Shown here in pieces: positions 1-9,620 of a stretch of DNA of 21,362 nucleotides (position 1 is the stretch's first letter; each line of letters opens with the position of its first letter). Below the pieces are notes generated by a model. That model was not told the DNA's origin and did not search any database. It worked only from the letters and a program-made list of their open reading frames with translations. The translations under genes were made by a program, and so were the position numbers. The DNA is taken from NCBI RefSeq assembly GCF_006345805.1, contig NW_021823712.1, positions 1 to 21,362 of the forward strand, written 5' to 3'. The DNA is from Octopus sinensis (lineage: Eukaryota).

Positions 1-223
1 TGGGTACAAACCATGTAAGAAATAGCTATAGTAATATCTGGAGTACAATAGCTATGTCGTAACTAAAAAAGTACCAAATGTACTTTTTCTTCTTCAAGGA
101 GAATCTCTCCTGGCCATGCTACGATATTTTTCATTTCACTAAAATTAAAATTAAAAATCAAATAATGATAATAACGACTAAACAGAATATAATAGAAATT
201 GTTTTCAAAAGCTGGAGGATGGT

Positions 224-570
224 CAGAGAGGTTTGTGTTTTTGGGGGGTGGGGCAGAGAGGTTTGTGTTTTTGGGGGGTGGGGCAGAAACGGAATGGTTC
301 CACTGTTGCATGTGATTGTTACTTGGTTTTTATTGGCGCCGAAGAAGGAAAAGGAAAAGGCGACCTTGATTGAGTGAGGCCCAAGTGTGTGTGTGTGTGA
401 GAGAGAGAGAGAGAAAGAAAGGAGAGAGAGAGGTTTGTCTTTTTGGGTGTGGGGTAGAAACAGTTGTGTGTGACTGGCGCCAGAGAAAGAAGGGGAAAAA
501 ATGGCCCCAGTTGAATGAAGCCCAAGACTCTGTGTGTGTGTGTGTGTTTGAGAGAGAGAAAGGCATACAC
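224..570. repeat. 30-bp direct tandem duplication within a degenerate larger duplication with GT/GA microsatellites
   Basis: CAGAGAGGTTTGTGTTTTTGGGGGGTGGGG occurs twice (224-283), with a diverged third copy near 427-460. The downstream GGCGCC...CCCAAG...(GT)n(GA)n segments are also repeated. Confidence 0.7.
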
Positions 571-1231
571 AGAGGAGAAAGGGGAGAAGAGAGAGCTGGA
601 GGGAGAGAGAAAAAGGCATGGACAGAGAAGCAGAGAGGAGAGAGGCCTAAAAATGTGAGAGATTTAAGGGCCTGAAAAAAGGGCAGAGTTAAGGGTGAGA
701 GAGAGAGAGAGCCAAAGCCAAACAAGGGGGGAGGCCTAAGAGAGCAAGCGTCTGAGAATGCAACACAGCGATAGAGATAAGGGCTGGAGATCTATATATA
801 TCTATATATCTATATCTATATCTATATCTATATATCTATATCTATATCTATATATCTATATATCTATATCTATATATCTATATCTATATACATACACGCA
901 CACAAAGTGTTTAATTTTATAAATATAATTATAAAATTTAAAGTATAAAAGCCATCTCAATATGGCTAACCACAAAGGGTGGGCGTTACTGTAGCATTTT
1001 AGCCCCAGGAGATCATCGTCTCCAGCTGGCTTTAGGCACACTTTCTGTGCCCTTATGGTATTTGCAAAGGGAGGCCATCCCTTTCTTGTAAGCCTGAGTG
1101 ATACGCACCAGACAGCAGTTTCGAGATTATTGTCTCTTATCAACGGGCAGTAATCACCGGATCACGATGAAAGACAAGGCTTGTTTGCAAACATATAAGG
1201 GTTTTTCTAGTGATGTCTGCCACTGATTTCG

Positions 1232-1394
1232 AAATTATAAAATTATAATCAGGGAAGCTACTGAGTAATGCCACATGCTAGAAAAAGATACCAAATGCCT
1301 CTGAAACTACTTTATTTATAAATAGTTTCAGAGCCATTCGGAGTCTCCTTGTAGCATTACTCAATTGTTACCCTTGTTGTAATTTTAGAATTAT
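1232..1394. repeat. Degenerate foldback / old MITE-like palindrome
   Basis: CTCTGAAACTA (1299-1309) pairs perfectly with TAGTTTCAGAG (1323-1333). GAGTAATGC pairs with GCATTACTC, and the AAAATTA...AGGG arms continue outward. Confidence 0.55.
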
Positions 1395-1500
1395 ATTTAG
1401 AAAAATAAATAGTTTGGATTAATTTTTACCTAAATGTTTTGTTTTTTTACATGTTAGCTTCTTGATAAAATCCTTTATATAGAGTTTGTCCTTGATTATA

Positions 1501-1711
1501 AAAAGAGAGAGAGGGGGGAGAGATCGATAGATAGATAGATAGATAGATGATAGATAGATAGTATAGATAGATAGATATATGATAGATAAATAGCTAGCTA
1601 GATAGATAGAAGATATAGGTAGGTAGATATATACAGGTAGAGATAGATAGGTAGATATAGATAGGTATATAGATAGGTAGATAAGATATACATATATATA
1701 TTATATATATC

Positions 1712-1746
<35 letters not shown>

Positions 1747-1790
1747 CGACAGAAAGGCAGACAGCGAGAGAAAGAGAGAGAGATCCAAGA
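1501..1790. repeat. Compound microsatellite (GA)n, (GATA)n, (TA)n
   Basis: Directly visible. Confidence 0.9.
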
Positions 1791-2194
1791 TTGAGAGAGT
1801 AACTAATTAGGCAATTAGAGTGGCCTGCAAAGCTAATTAAAAGGAAGCTAATTAACAGGGATTATTAAGACCCCCAAGGACACAGCAATATCATTAATTA
1901 AAGAAGCCAGACATTGAAACAGAGGGTTTGGTGTGTGCAAAGGCGTGGTTGAGGGTAGCATGATGAAGTGGGGAGTATGGTAGGGTAAAATTAATAAAGC
2001 AGGGGTTAATTAGACGGGGTAATTATGATCTGAGGACCAAAATCTGGAATAGGGACAAATGTAAACAAAAATAAGGGGGTCCCATGGTTAACTCTTTTAC
2101 AGAGATATCCGCTCGAAATTTAATCACCCTTAACCATGGAAAGCAGTTTTATATACGGATCTATCTTTTGTTGGGGAATGTCATGTTTGGAACG

Positions 2195-2493
2195 TGGAGG
2201 CGCAATGGCCCAGTGGTTAGGGTAGCGGACTCACGGTCATAGGATGACCCTGCTGTACTCTTTCATCTTTCACCACAACTTCTCTCACTCTTACTTCCTG
2301 TTTCTGTTGTACCTGTATTCAAAGGGCTGGCCTTGTCACTCTCTGTGTCACGCTGAATATCCCCGAGAACTACCGTTAAGGGTCATGTGTTGTGGAGTGT
2401 CTCAGCCACTTACACGTTAATTTCACGAGCAGGCTGTTCCGTTGATTCGGATCAACCGAAACCCTCATCGTCGTAACCGACGGAGTGCTTCCC
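2195..2493 (+). mobile_element. tRNA-derived SINE (family A) with an internal deletion of about 90 bp that removes the B box
   Basis: Homologous to 17005-17393. A box TGGCCCAGTGG is present. Near-perfect TSD CATGTT(T)GGAACG at 2182-2194 and 2494-2505. Confidence 0.85.
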
Positions 2494-3006
2494 CATGTTG
2501 GAACGGTTTTCTGTTTGTTGATGTGTCAAGTTTACCGAGACAATGTGTCTTGCAGAAAATATCCAGTTCTCTTTTTTTATTTTGGCAGATATTTAAACAT
2601 CCGGACTGAAATAACTACAGAACTTAATTTTGCAACTAAAGGTTAAAATCAACCCCAGTACTTAACTGCTACTTATATAAACCAGTGAGGGGGTCACTAG
2701 GTAGCTTTAGTCTTCCATTATAACCTTCGAACTGAGGAGGTCAGCCGCTTCCCCTTGCTGGTCAGGCTTCTGCAGACTAGTTTCAGGGTATTTGCCCCTT
2801 ATCAATGCAGAGCAGCTGAACCCGAATGTTATAATGGACACAGCTTCATGTGTCACATAGCTAGCTAGAGGCGATGGCCTCTTGGAGCTAGTCAACGGCA
2901 GCATTCATCCTATATTTCTGGACTGCCATATTAGCTTGGCAATAACTATACATATCTAGGGTGTCTTATAGAAATATTAATCATTTTACTGCAGAAATTA
3001 GATATA

Positions 3007-3524
3007 TCTAACCCCTATCTTGCTCAGAACATTGACCTCCTGGAATCTGTCAAGAGACGTGCAACCAAATGCATACCCTCCATCAGACACCTACCATATT
3101 CTGAGCACCTTGTTTCCCTGGGCATGGATATTATTATCCACTTAAAATTTAAGCTCCGGCATCTGGCGATGGACTTGGTAAACACCCACAAAGTTATCAA
3201 CCACCTCACCAACAACAACAACAGTGAACACCTTTTTGATCTCCATGTGTCTAACACACGTGGACATGCCTACAAAGTCAGAAAACAACACAGCTCCCAT
3301 GACTTTCGGAAACATTTCTTCATGCTCAGAGTTGCTGAAGCATGGAATAAACTGCCTGCGTCAGTTGTTGACTGCCATGACACTGCATCCTTTAAGGCCC
3401 TCATGCTTTCCGAAATCCTCCCAAACTACACCTGATTATATATAGACTTTAGATGAGTTGTGGTGCACCTGAGCACTGTACACAATTATTATTATTATTA
3501 TCATATTATTATTATTATTATTAT
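3007..3524 (+). mobile_element. 3' fragment of a CR1/L2-type LINE
   Basis: Conceptual translation AQNIDLLESVKRRATKCIPSIRHLPYSEHLVSLGMD...KLRHLAMDLVNTHK...RKHFFMLRVAEAWNKLPASVV is typical of the CR1-clade ORF2 C-terminus. It ends in an (ATT)n tail. Confidence 0.85.
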
Positions 3525-3789
3525 CCACTTAAAATTTAATTTGCCATAAACACTAGAAAGCAGTTTTATCTCCTAATCTATCTTTTGATGAGGAATGCCA
3601 TGTTTGAAACTATGGGGGTCATGGAAGTGAGGGGCGAGGTGGAGAAGCATGATGGTTGAATATTGGGTCTTTGCAGAGGTGATGACAAATGATTGAGAAC
3701 TTTGGCAACGATGTTGTACCCCAGAAGACTTGGCAAACCAAGTGAAGGGGCCATGGCTGTTGCCAGGGTTGTGTAAACGGTACCCGTGA

Positions 3790-3955
3790 AATCGTAGTCA
3801 TGGCCCCGTTGCTGGTGTCGTGCCGGTGGCACATAAAAAGTTTCCATTACACTCTTGGGGTGGTTGGTGTCAGGAAGAGCATCCAGCCGTAGAAACCAAA
3901 CCAATTCAAACTGGAACCTGGCGTAGCTCTCTGGCTTACCAGTTTTAGTCAAACC
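3790..3955 (+). mobile_element. SINE-like dispersed repeat (family C; core TTGGCRTCAGGAAGGGCATCCAGC)
   Basis: Shares its core with 7200-7345 (+) and 19222-19395 (-). Confidence 0.65.
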
Positions 3956-4506
3956 ATGACCATCCTGTCATTCATTCAGACATAGTGTATCTAGGACTAC
4001 ATTATCTAATGTGTCCTTCGTTGTTGTTGTTTAGCCCCAGGTCAGTACTGATCCAGGTAGACCTATGATCAAAGATGTTCCAGCTGTGACCATCCTGTCT
4101 TTTATTCAGGCATAGTGTATCTAGGACTACATTATCTAATGTGTCCTTCTTGTTGTTAAGCTTCAGGTCAGTACTGATCCAGAAGACCTATGATCAAAGA
4201 TGTTCCAACCATGACCATCCTGTTTTTTATTCAGACATAGTGTATCTAGGACTACATTATCTAATGTGTCCTTCCTTAGTGTTGTTGTTTAGCCCCAGGT
4301 CAGTCTTGATCCAGTAGACCTATGATCAAAGATGTTCCAGCTGTGACCATCCTGTCTTTTATTCAGGCATAGTGTATCTAGGACTACTTTATCTAATGTG
4401 TCTTTCCTTAGTGTTGTTGTTTAGCCCCAGGTAAGTCCTTATCCAGGTAGACCTATGATCAAAGACGTTCCAACTGTGACCATCCTGTCTTTTATTCAGA
4501 CATAGT
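3952..4506. repeat. Tandem array of about 130-bp units, about 4.2 copies
   Basis: The anchor TGACCATCCTG recurs at 3957, 4087, 4212, 4344 and 4477. The unit contains CATAGTGTATCTAGGACTAC...GACCTATGATCAAAGA. Confidence 0.95.
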
Positions 4507-4668
4507 CTCAGTGTGGAATGAGAAGAGAGAAAATAATTGAGAAGGAAAAATGCGAAATAGGTTGATGTAAAAAGTGGAATGAGGAGAAAGAAAAGGAAAG
4601 AAAAGGAAAGTAAGATGTTTGTCCCCTTTGTCTGTGGAAATCCTGATTAACGTAACTGGTGTAGAATG

Positions 4669-5201
4669 ATTACAGGCTGACCAGGCCATACCCTTTCAGC
4701 CTGTAATGACATGCATAAGATCTGGTCATCAAATCTAAGTAGAGACTTCAAACTTGAAATCTTCAAAGCCACAGTCAAACTAATTCTACTATATGGCTCA
4801 GAAACCTGGACGTTATCAAAGAAGCTTGAGAGGCGGTTGGATGGAACCTACACTCGCCTCCTTATGAGAGCTCAAAATCTCTCGTGGAAGCGCCATCCAA
4901 CCAAAATGCAAATATCTGGGAAACTACTACCTGTATCATCTCTTGTGAAAGGTAGGAGAGTCCAGTTTGCTGGACATTGTTGTAGAGCTGGAAAAGAGGT
5001 AATTTCTACTCTCCTCCTCTGGAAGCCATCTACTCGCAATGTCAGAGGGCGCACACTCTCCTACCCTGATGTAATCTCCAGGGATACAGGCATCCAGCAA
5101 CAGATCCTCCGTAATGCCATGATGGATCGTGAAGTCTGGCGTAGCATGGTAAATTCCATTGTCTCGACCACGGTCGAACAATGATAGATGAATGATGATG
5201 A
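4669..5201 (+). mobile_element. 5'-truncated, 5'-inverted RTE-clade LINE with target-site duplication
   Basis: ORF 4711-5184 has the RTE motifs LLYGSETWTL, RRLDGTYTRLL, RRVQFAGHC and DREVWR, followed by a (GAT)n tail. TSD TGTAGAATGAT at 4660-4670 and 5202-5212. Confidence 0.93.
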
Positions 5202-5339
5202 TGTAGAATGATATAATATCTGATGTGTCAGAGCTGGGTGAAGCTGGGTTTTGCGAGAAATAGGAAGAGAAACTAAAAGAAGGGTGGAAGGAAGGAAGGA
5301 AGGAAGGTAGTGTAGGCTGAACGACAAACAAGTGCATAC

Positions 5340-5480
5340 GTGCTGGTTGGTGGTGGTGGTGGCGTTTGGTGAGGACTGGGTCGATTTTCGCTCTCGAATG
5401 GCCAAGATGGCCGCTGCCTTCTCTCGCTCTATTAGTAACTTGGCCCTTCGCTTCAGCTCCGCACGCCTGGCTGCAGTCTT
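5340..5480 (-). CDS. EHBP1: EHBP1 exon, first coiled-coil upstream of bMERB
   Basis: KTAARRAELKRRAKLLIEREKAAAILAIRERKSTQSSPNATTTTNQH resembles the EHBP1 motif RQEELKERARxLLEQAR. The acceptor is the first AG after a C-rich, AG-free tract (AAG|AAG); donor CAC|GTATGC. 141 nt, phase 0 to 0. Confidence 0.8.
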
Positions 5481-5589
5481 CTTTATGTTGGAACAGGGGT
5501 CAGGGTGGAATGTGGTGAGGGATAGGGGGTCAGTATTGTTTTGTATTATTTATATATATATATATATGTATATATATAGTTTTTTTTTT

Positions 5590-6440
5590 TTTGGTGGGGA
5601 TCCATTTGTTTGGGTTTGAGGTAAAGGGGGAGGAGGGAGAAAAACGAAACCCCCCGAAAAATAAAATTATGTTGATAGGTAGTGGTGGTGGTGGTGGTGG
5701 TGGTGGTGGGCAGGTGGTGGGGAGGAAAAAACAAAACAGAAACAAAAGAGAAAAATAAAATAAAATTATATAAAAGAAAAGTTTTGAAATTATCGAACAA
5801 AAGAAAATTAAAACAAAAGTTATGAAAAACAAAAATATAATCAAACAAAATGAAAAGAATGATCAAAACTTGAAAATAATTATTTAAAAATTAAAAACAA
5901 AAAGAAATAAAATTATGGATTTAAAAAATTTTTTTTTGGGGGGGGTCCTAATTATCAGTTCTGACTTGAAAATAAAATAAAATAACAAAAGCAAAAATAA
6001 TACAAAAAATAATCTATAAAATGAAATTATCAAAACAGTTTTACATTTATCAAAAAAAAAAAATGAAACAAAATAAAAAGAAATATCGGAAATATAATAA
6101 TCAAATAAAAATAAAAATATTATCAAAAATAAAATTTTTTAAAAAAACAAACAAAATAAGAATTATCAAGATATGAATTGTCAAATGAAATGTAAAATTA
6201 TCCAAACTCAAAGATGATAGAAAATAAGAACTGAACTCCAGGGATTCTTCCTGGAATTATCACAAAAAGGGGAAAAAAAATGTAAAGAAATAAAAAAAAA
6301 AATTTCAATTATATTTATTAATTCAAACCTGATGTTAGAGAAAGAAAACTGCTGAGAGAACAACACAATAAACAAAACAAAAACTGAATTACTAATTCAA
6401 ACAACAAAAAAAAGAAAGAAAAAAAGACAAGCATAAAAGT
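5590..6440. repeat. A-rich low-complexity intronic tract with degenerate AAAATTAT motifs
   Basis: Strong A skew on the + strand; the ORFs here are F/L/I-rich artefacts. Confidence 0.75.
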
Positions 6441-6579
6441 GAAAAGCAGAAAAAAAAACAAAAAAAATTCAAGTCCTATCCCCCTTGCCACCCTTAGACT
6501 AGTGTCAGAAAATACAACAACAACAACAAAAGGCACAACAATACAAGCAGTCACATACAAGGATACATACACACATACG

Positions 6580-6633
<54 letters not shown>

Positions 6634-6770
6634 AGTAGTTGAATGAATTATCTTGTTATGGATATTTCGGTTGACCGATACCTGGGTAGCAAATTCACAT
6701 CAGAGAAGACACGTTTGAAGTTACGTGCTTTCGTGTGGAAATTGTATGTTTTTTAAAAAAATATAAATAT

Positions 6771-6995
6771 ATGAAAGAATGGAGTTGAACGACGAATTTC
6801 ACTATGGGCTCCGTGTGAGCAGTCATCTAAAAGTCTTTTGTGCATCTTGATGTTGACATAAGTTCCTTGCTTTTCCTAATGAGAAAGCGGCATAATATAC
6901 TCCTTATTCCTTCGGATTAAGAATATGCAGCCTTCGAAACATATGTCGAAAATAAAGGAATTTTGTTAAATCGTCGTTCGACTCCATTCTTTCAT
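6771..6995. mobile_element. Approx. 225-bp foldback element with 28-29 bp terminal inverted repeats enclosing the hammerhead-like motif
   Basis: ATGAAAGAATGGAGTTGAACGACGAATTT (6771-6799) pairs with AAATCGTCGTTCGACTCCATTCTTTCAT (6968-6995), with one mismatch and one indel. It lies between (TA)n arrays. Confidence 0.6.
6863..6960 (+). ncRNA. Type I hammerhead ribozyme-like motif (G5A core variant, probably inactive)
   Basis: Stem I 6863-6875/6948-6960 (11 of 13 pairs). Core CTAATGA at 6876-6882 (canonical CTGATGA). Stem II 6883-6894/6924-6935, closed by G10.1-C11.1. GAAA at 6936-6939, a minimal stem III around the palindrome CATATG, and a GTC triplet ending at 6947. Confidence 0.7.
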
Positions 6996-7199
6996 TTATC
7001 TATCTATATCTATATATATATATATATATATACATATATATATACATATATATATTATATACATATATATATACATATATATAATATATATATATATATA
7101 ATATATATATATATCAATTCTATTTGAGAATAGAATTGATAAGTATGTTAGGAGGAAGAAAACTGGTATTGGTCTAAAGGATTGGTCTAAAGTACATGT

Positions 7200-7345
7200 T
7201 GTAAAGTGGTTGGCATCAGGAAGGGCATCCAGCCATAAAAACCTTACCAAAACAGACACTAGGGTTCAATACAGTCCTCTGCCTTGTCGTATCCTGTCAA
7301 ACCACCCAACCCATGGAAGGATGGCAGATGGACACCAAACATCGT
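7200..7345 (+). mobile_element. SINE-like repeat fragment (family C)
   Basis: GTGGTTGGCATCAGGAAGGGCATCCAGCCATAAAA...GTCAAACCACCCAACCCATG is shared with the other family C copies. Confidence 0.7.
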
Positions 7346-7485
7346 ATGACGACACTCACACACAATCGCAAGCTTATATCGACATGTCAGGTGACATAAA
7401 AACAAACTATAAAGAGAATAAGAACAAGGGATATCACGTTTCTCCAGGGTCCAAAGAAACAGAACAAAGTATATAATTATTTTAC

Positions 7486-7564
7486 CTTTTGGGCAGTAAC
7501 AGGGTCACTGCTGTCTTCTGTTGAGTCCTCTCGGCTTAATGAACCACTCTTGCTCCGCTGCTCC
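7486..7564 (-). CDS. EHBP1: EHBP1 short exon
   Basis: (R)EQRSKSGSLSREDSTEDSSDPVTAQK. Acceptor TATTTTAG; donor AAG|GTAAAA. Only phase-2 entry is open (the other two frames hit stops). 79 nt, phase 2 to 0. Confidence 0.75.
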
Positions 7565-7674
7565 CTAAAATAATAGAGAATAAAGGGGATTCACAGTGTG
7601 ATGATGATGATGATGATGATGATGATGACATATAAACACACACACACACACACATCACAACTCTTATGTCCATA

Positions 7675-8169
7675 CTAGCAGTATCGCCCGGCGTTGCTCG
7701 GGTTTGTAAGGGAAATAACTATATAAGCATTTTTAGAGAGTTACTTCCCTTATAGATGCCAATTCGGGCTTTCTTAGCCATTTCTGTTTTGGTGTCTTCA
7801 AGCCATGAAGTCGTTGTTCTAAAAGAACGCTGGTCTCCTTGACAACGCTTTATGGCGTTGATTTCCTTACACTCCTTTCCCCACAGCTTCACGAGGGAGG
7901 GAAGAAGGAGGAGAAGCAAACAGGTGCAGCTGTGACCATGGACACCAACTCCGCCGCCATCGACACACGAAAAATTATGCATTAAAATGGAATAAAAAAT
8001 GATGTTAAATTATTTTTAAAATCGTAGACTCATCGTAGACGCGCTCGATATGAATCACGACTATAAGATACCCGAATTTGGTTAAACTGCACCGCAAAAT
8101 GTGGGAGTAGTTAGGAATCTAAATCGAAGGGGACAGACACTCACACAACTACAGTTTTATATATAAAGA
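7675..8169 (-). mobile_element. Non-autonomous Helitron (about 495 bp)
   Basis: On the minus strand it begins A|TCTTTATATATAAAA and ends CTAG|T. A subterminal hairpin CCCG-N8-CGGG (7687-7702) lies about 8 nt from the CTAG. No TSD. Confidence 0.85.
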
Positions 8170-8217
8170 TATGTGCAACGTCAACAGAGTTCAGCACAAA
8201 ATTAATAATTGACCTAC

Positions 8218-9244
8218 CTCAACTCGTTGGGCGATGATGACGTGGGCTGCTCATTCTCTTGGTCATTGTGGTCCTTATCATAGGGACTGGTCACACGGGG
8301 CTCTCTCATAGAGCCATTGGCTATCTCGTGCTGGATTTCGACGGTGACGTTTTGGACATGCTGCTGCGAGGGGCAGGCGTCGGGGTGGCAGGGGACGACG
8401 GTTTGACAGCCACGCCTTCCTTCGCCTCCTCCTCTGTCTCATCACTAGCATCGTTATTATTATTATCCTCATCATCATCGGAATCGAAGGGGTTCATCAG
8501 CTGCTTTCTCGTCATCAAAACGGGTTTTTCCGGAGCTTTCCCTTTGGAATGGGCAATTTTCAAGGGAGGTAACTGAGGCAAAGTAGATTTCGTAGGGCTG
8601 ACCCTCGACAGCGACGACGGGGAGATTGGGGTCGCTGACTTTTGTGGCTCGGGAGAAGGGGTGGATTTTCTTGGCACAGATGTTGATGTTTGTGGTGGGA
8701 GGGGCGCAGGGCGTTTATTCCTAGGGGATAATGTTGAGTTAGGGCTGCTTGCCCTGGGGGATGTCCTAGATTCTGGGGTTGCCTCGTGGTGTGATTTCGG
8801 AGGGCATTCAGGTGACTTTGATTTACTGCGGTGCCTCAGAGCATGCTTTTCCATTGTCGGCGTGAGTTGGAGGCTTTCGTACATCTGCATTGCTTCTTTA
8901 ACAGACGGAGAACGGCTGCCGGGAGGCGGGAGTTCGTCGTCGACGGCGACCTCGTCCTTGAGGTCAGAAGCGCTGTGCGAGGTCGTCGCTCGGTTGATCT
9001 CTTTGCCGTACATCTCTTCGGAAATCTTGCGATCTTCCTCTTCGTCGATTTGGGCACCGAGCGTGTAGGTGCTTTCGCTGGTGTCGGTGCCAATCTGCTG
9101 GATTTCCAGCATCTGTCCGGAGAAGTAAGCCCTCAGCTGGTGTAGGTACGTCATCACGGAGAGTTTATCGGGGACCGAGAGAAGTACCATGTCGGCGGGT
9201 TCGATCAGGCGTGGAATTCCGAGGGTTGCTGCTGCGTCGAAGGC
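8218..9244 (-). CDS. EHBP1: EHBP1 large exon: CH C-terminus, Ser/Pro-rich linker, sixth NPF; contains an apparent 1-nt frameshift
   Basis: [44 protein letters not shown] (CH end), then [17 protein letters not shown]. Acceptor CCAG|GCC. The entry frame stops at TAG 8321-8323, but a second frame is open to the donor AG|GTAGGT at 8218/8217. The length of 1027 is 1 nt short of the required phase. Confidence 0.85.
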
Positions 9245-9246
9245 CT

Positions 9247-9393
9247 GGAGAGGAAGGAGAAGAAGATGATGAAAATGATGAGGGAAGGGGGAGAAAAAGA
9301 AAAGAAAGAGGTATGAGAAGAAGAATATGATGAAGGAAAGAAGAAGGATGTGAAGGAGTGAAACAAAAAGTCAACGAGGAGGTGAAGAAGAAG

Positions 9394-9424
<31 letters not shown>

Positions 9425-9589
9425 GAAGAAGAAGTGAGAGAAGAAGAAAAAGAAGAAGAAGAAGTGGAAGAAGGAGAAAAGAAGAAGTGGAAGAAGAAGG
9501 AGAAGAAGAAGAAAAGAAGAAGAAAAGAAGAAGAAGAAGAAGAAAGAGAAGAGGAAAAGAAGAAGAAGAAGGAGGAGAAGAAGGAGAAG

Positions 9590-9620
<31 letters not shown>

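Noticed and set aside
2707-2904. 65-aa minus-strand ORF in non-repetitive-looking sequence
   Set aside because: No recognisable homology, no convincing splice sites, and no EHBP1 motifs.
6308-6490. Possible micro-exons on the minus strand near 6328-6350 and 6460-6500
   Set aside because: Donors are weak or absent, and exon 7486-7564 already joins exon 5340-5480 in phase 0 without them.
8259-9145. Plus-strand ORFs overlapping the large EHBP1 exon
   Set aside because: They are antisense shadows of a GC-richer coding exon and have no independent features.
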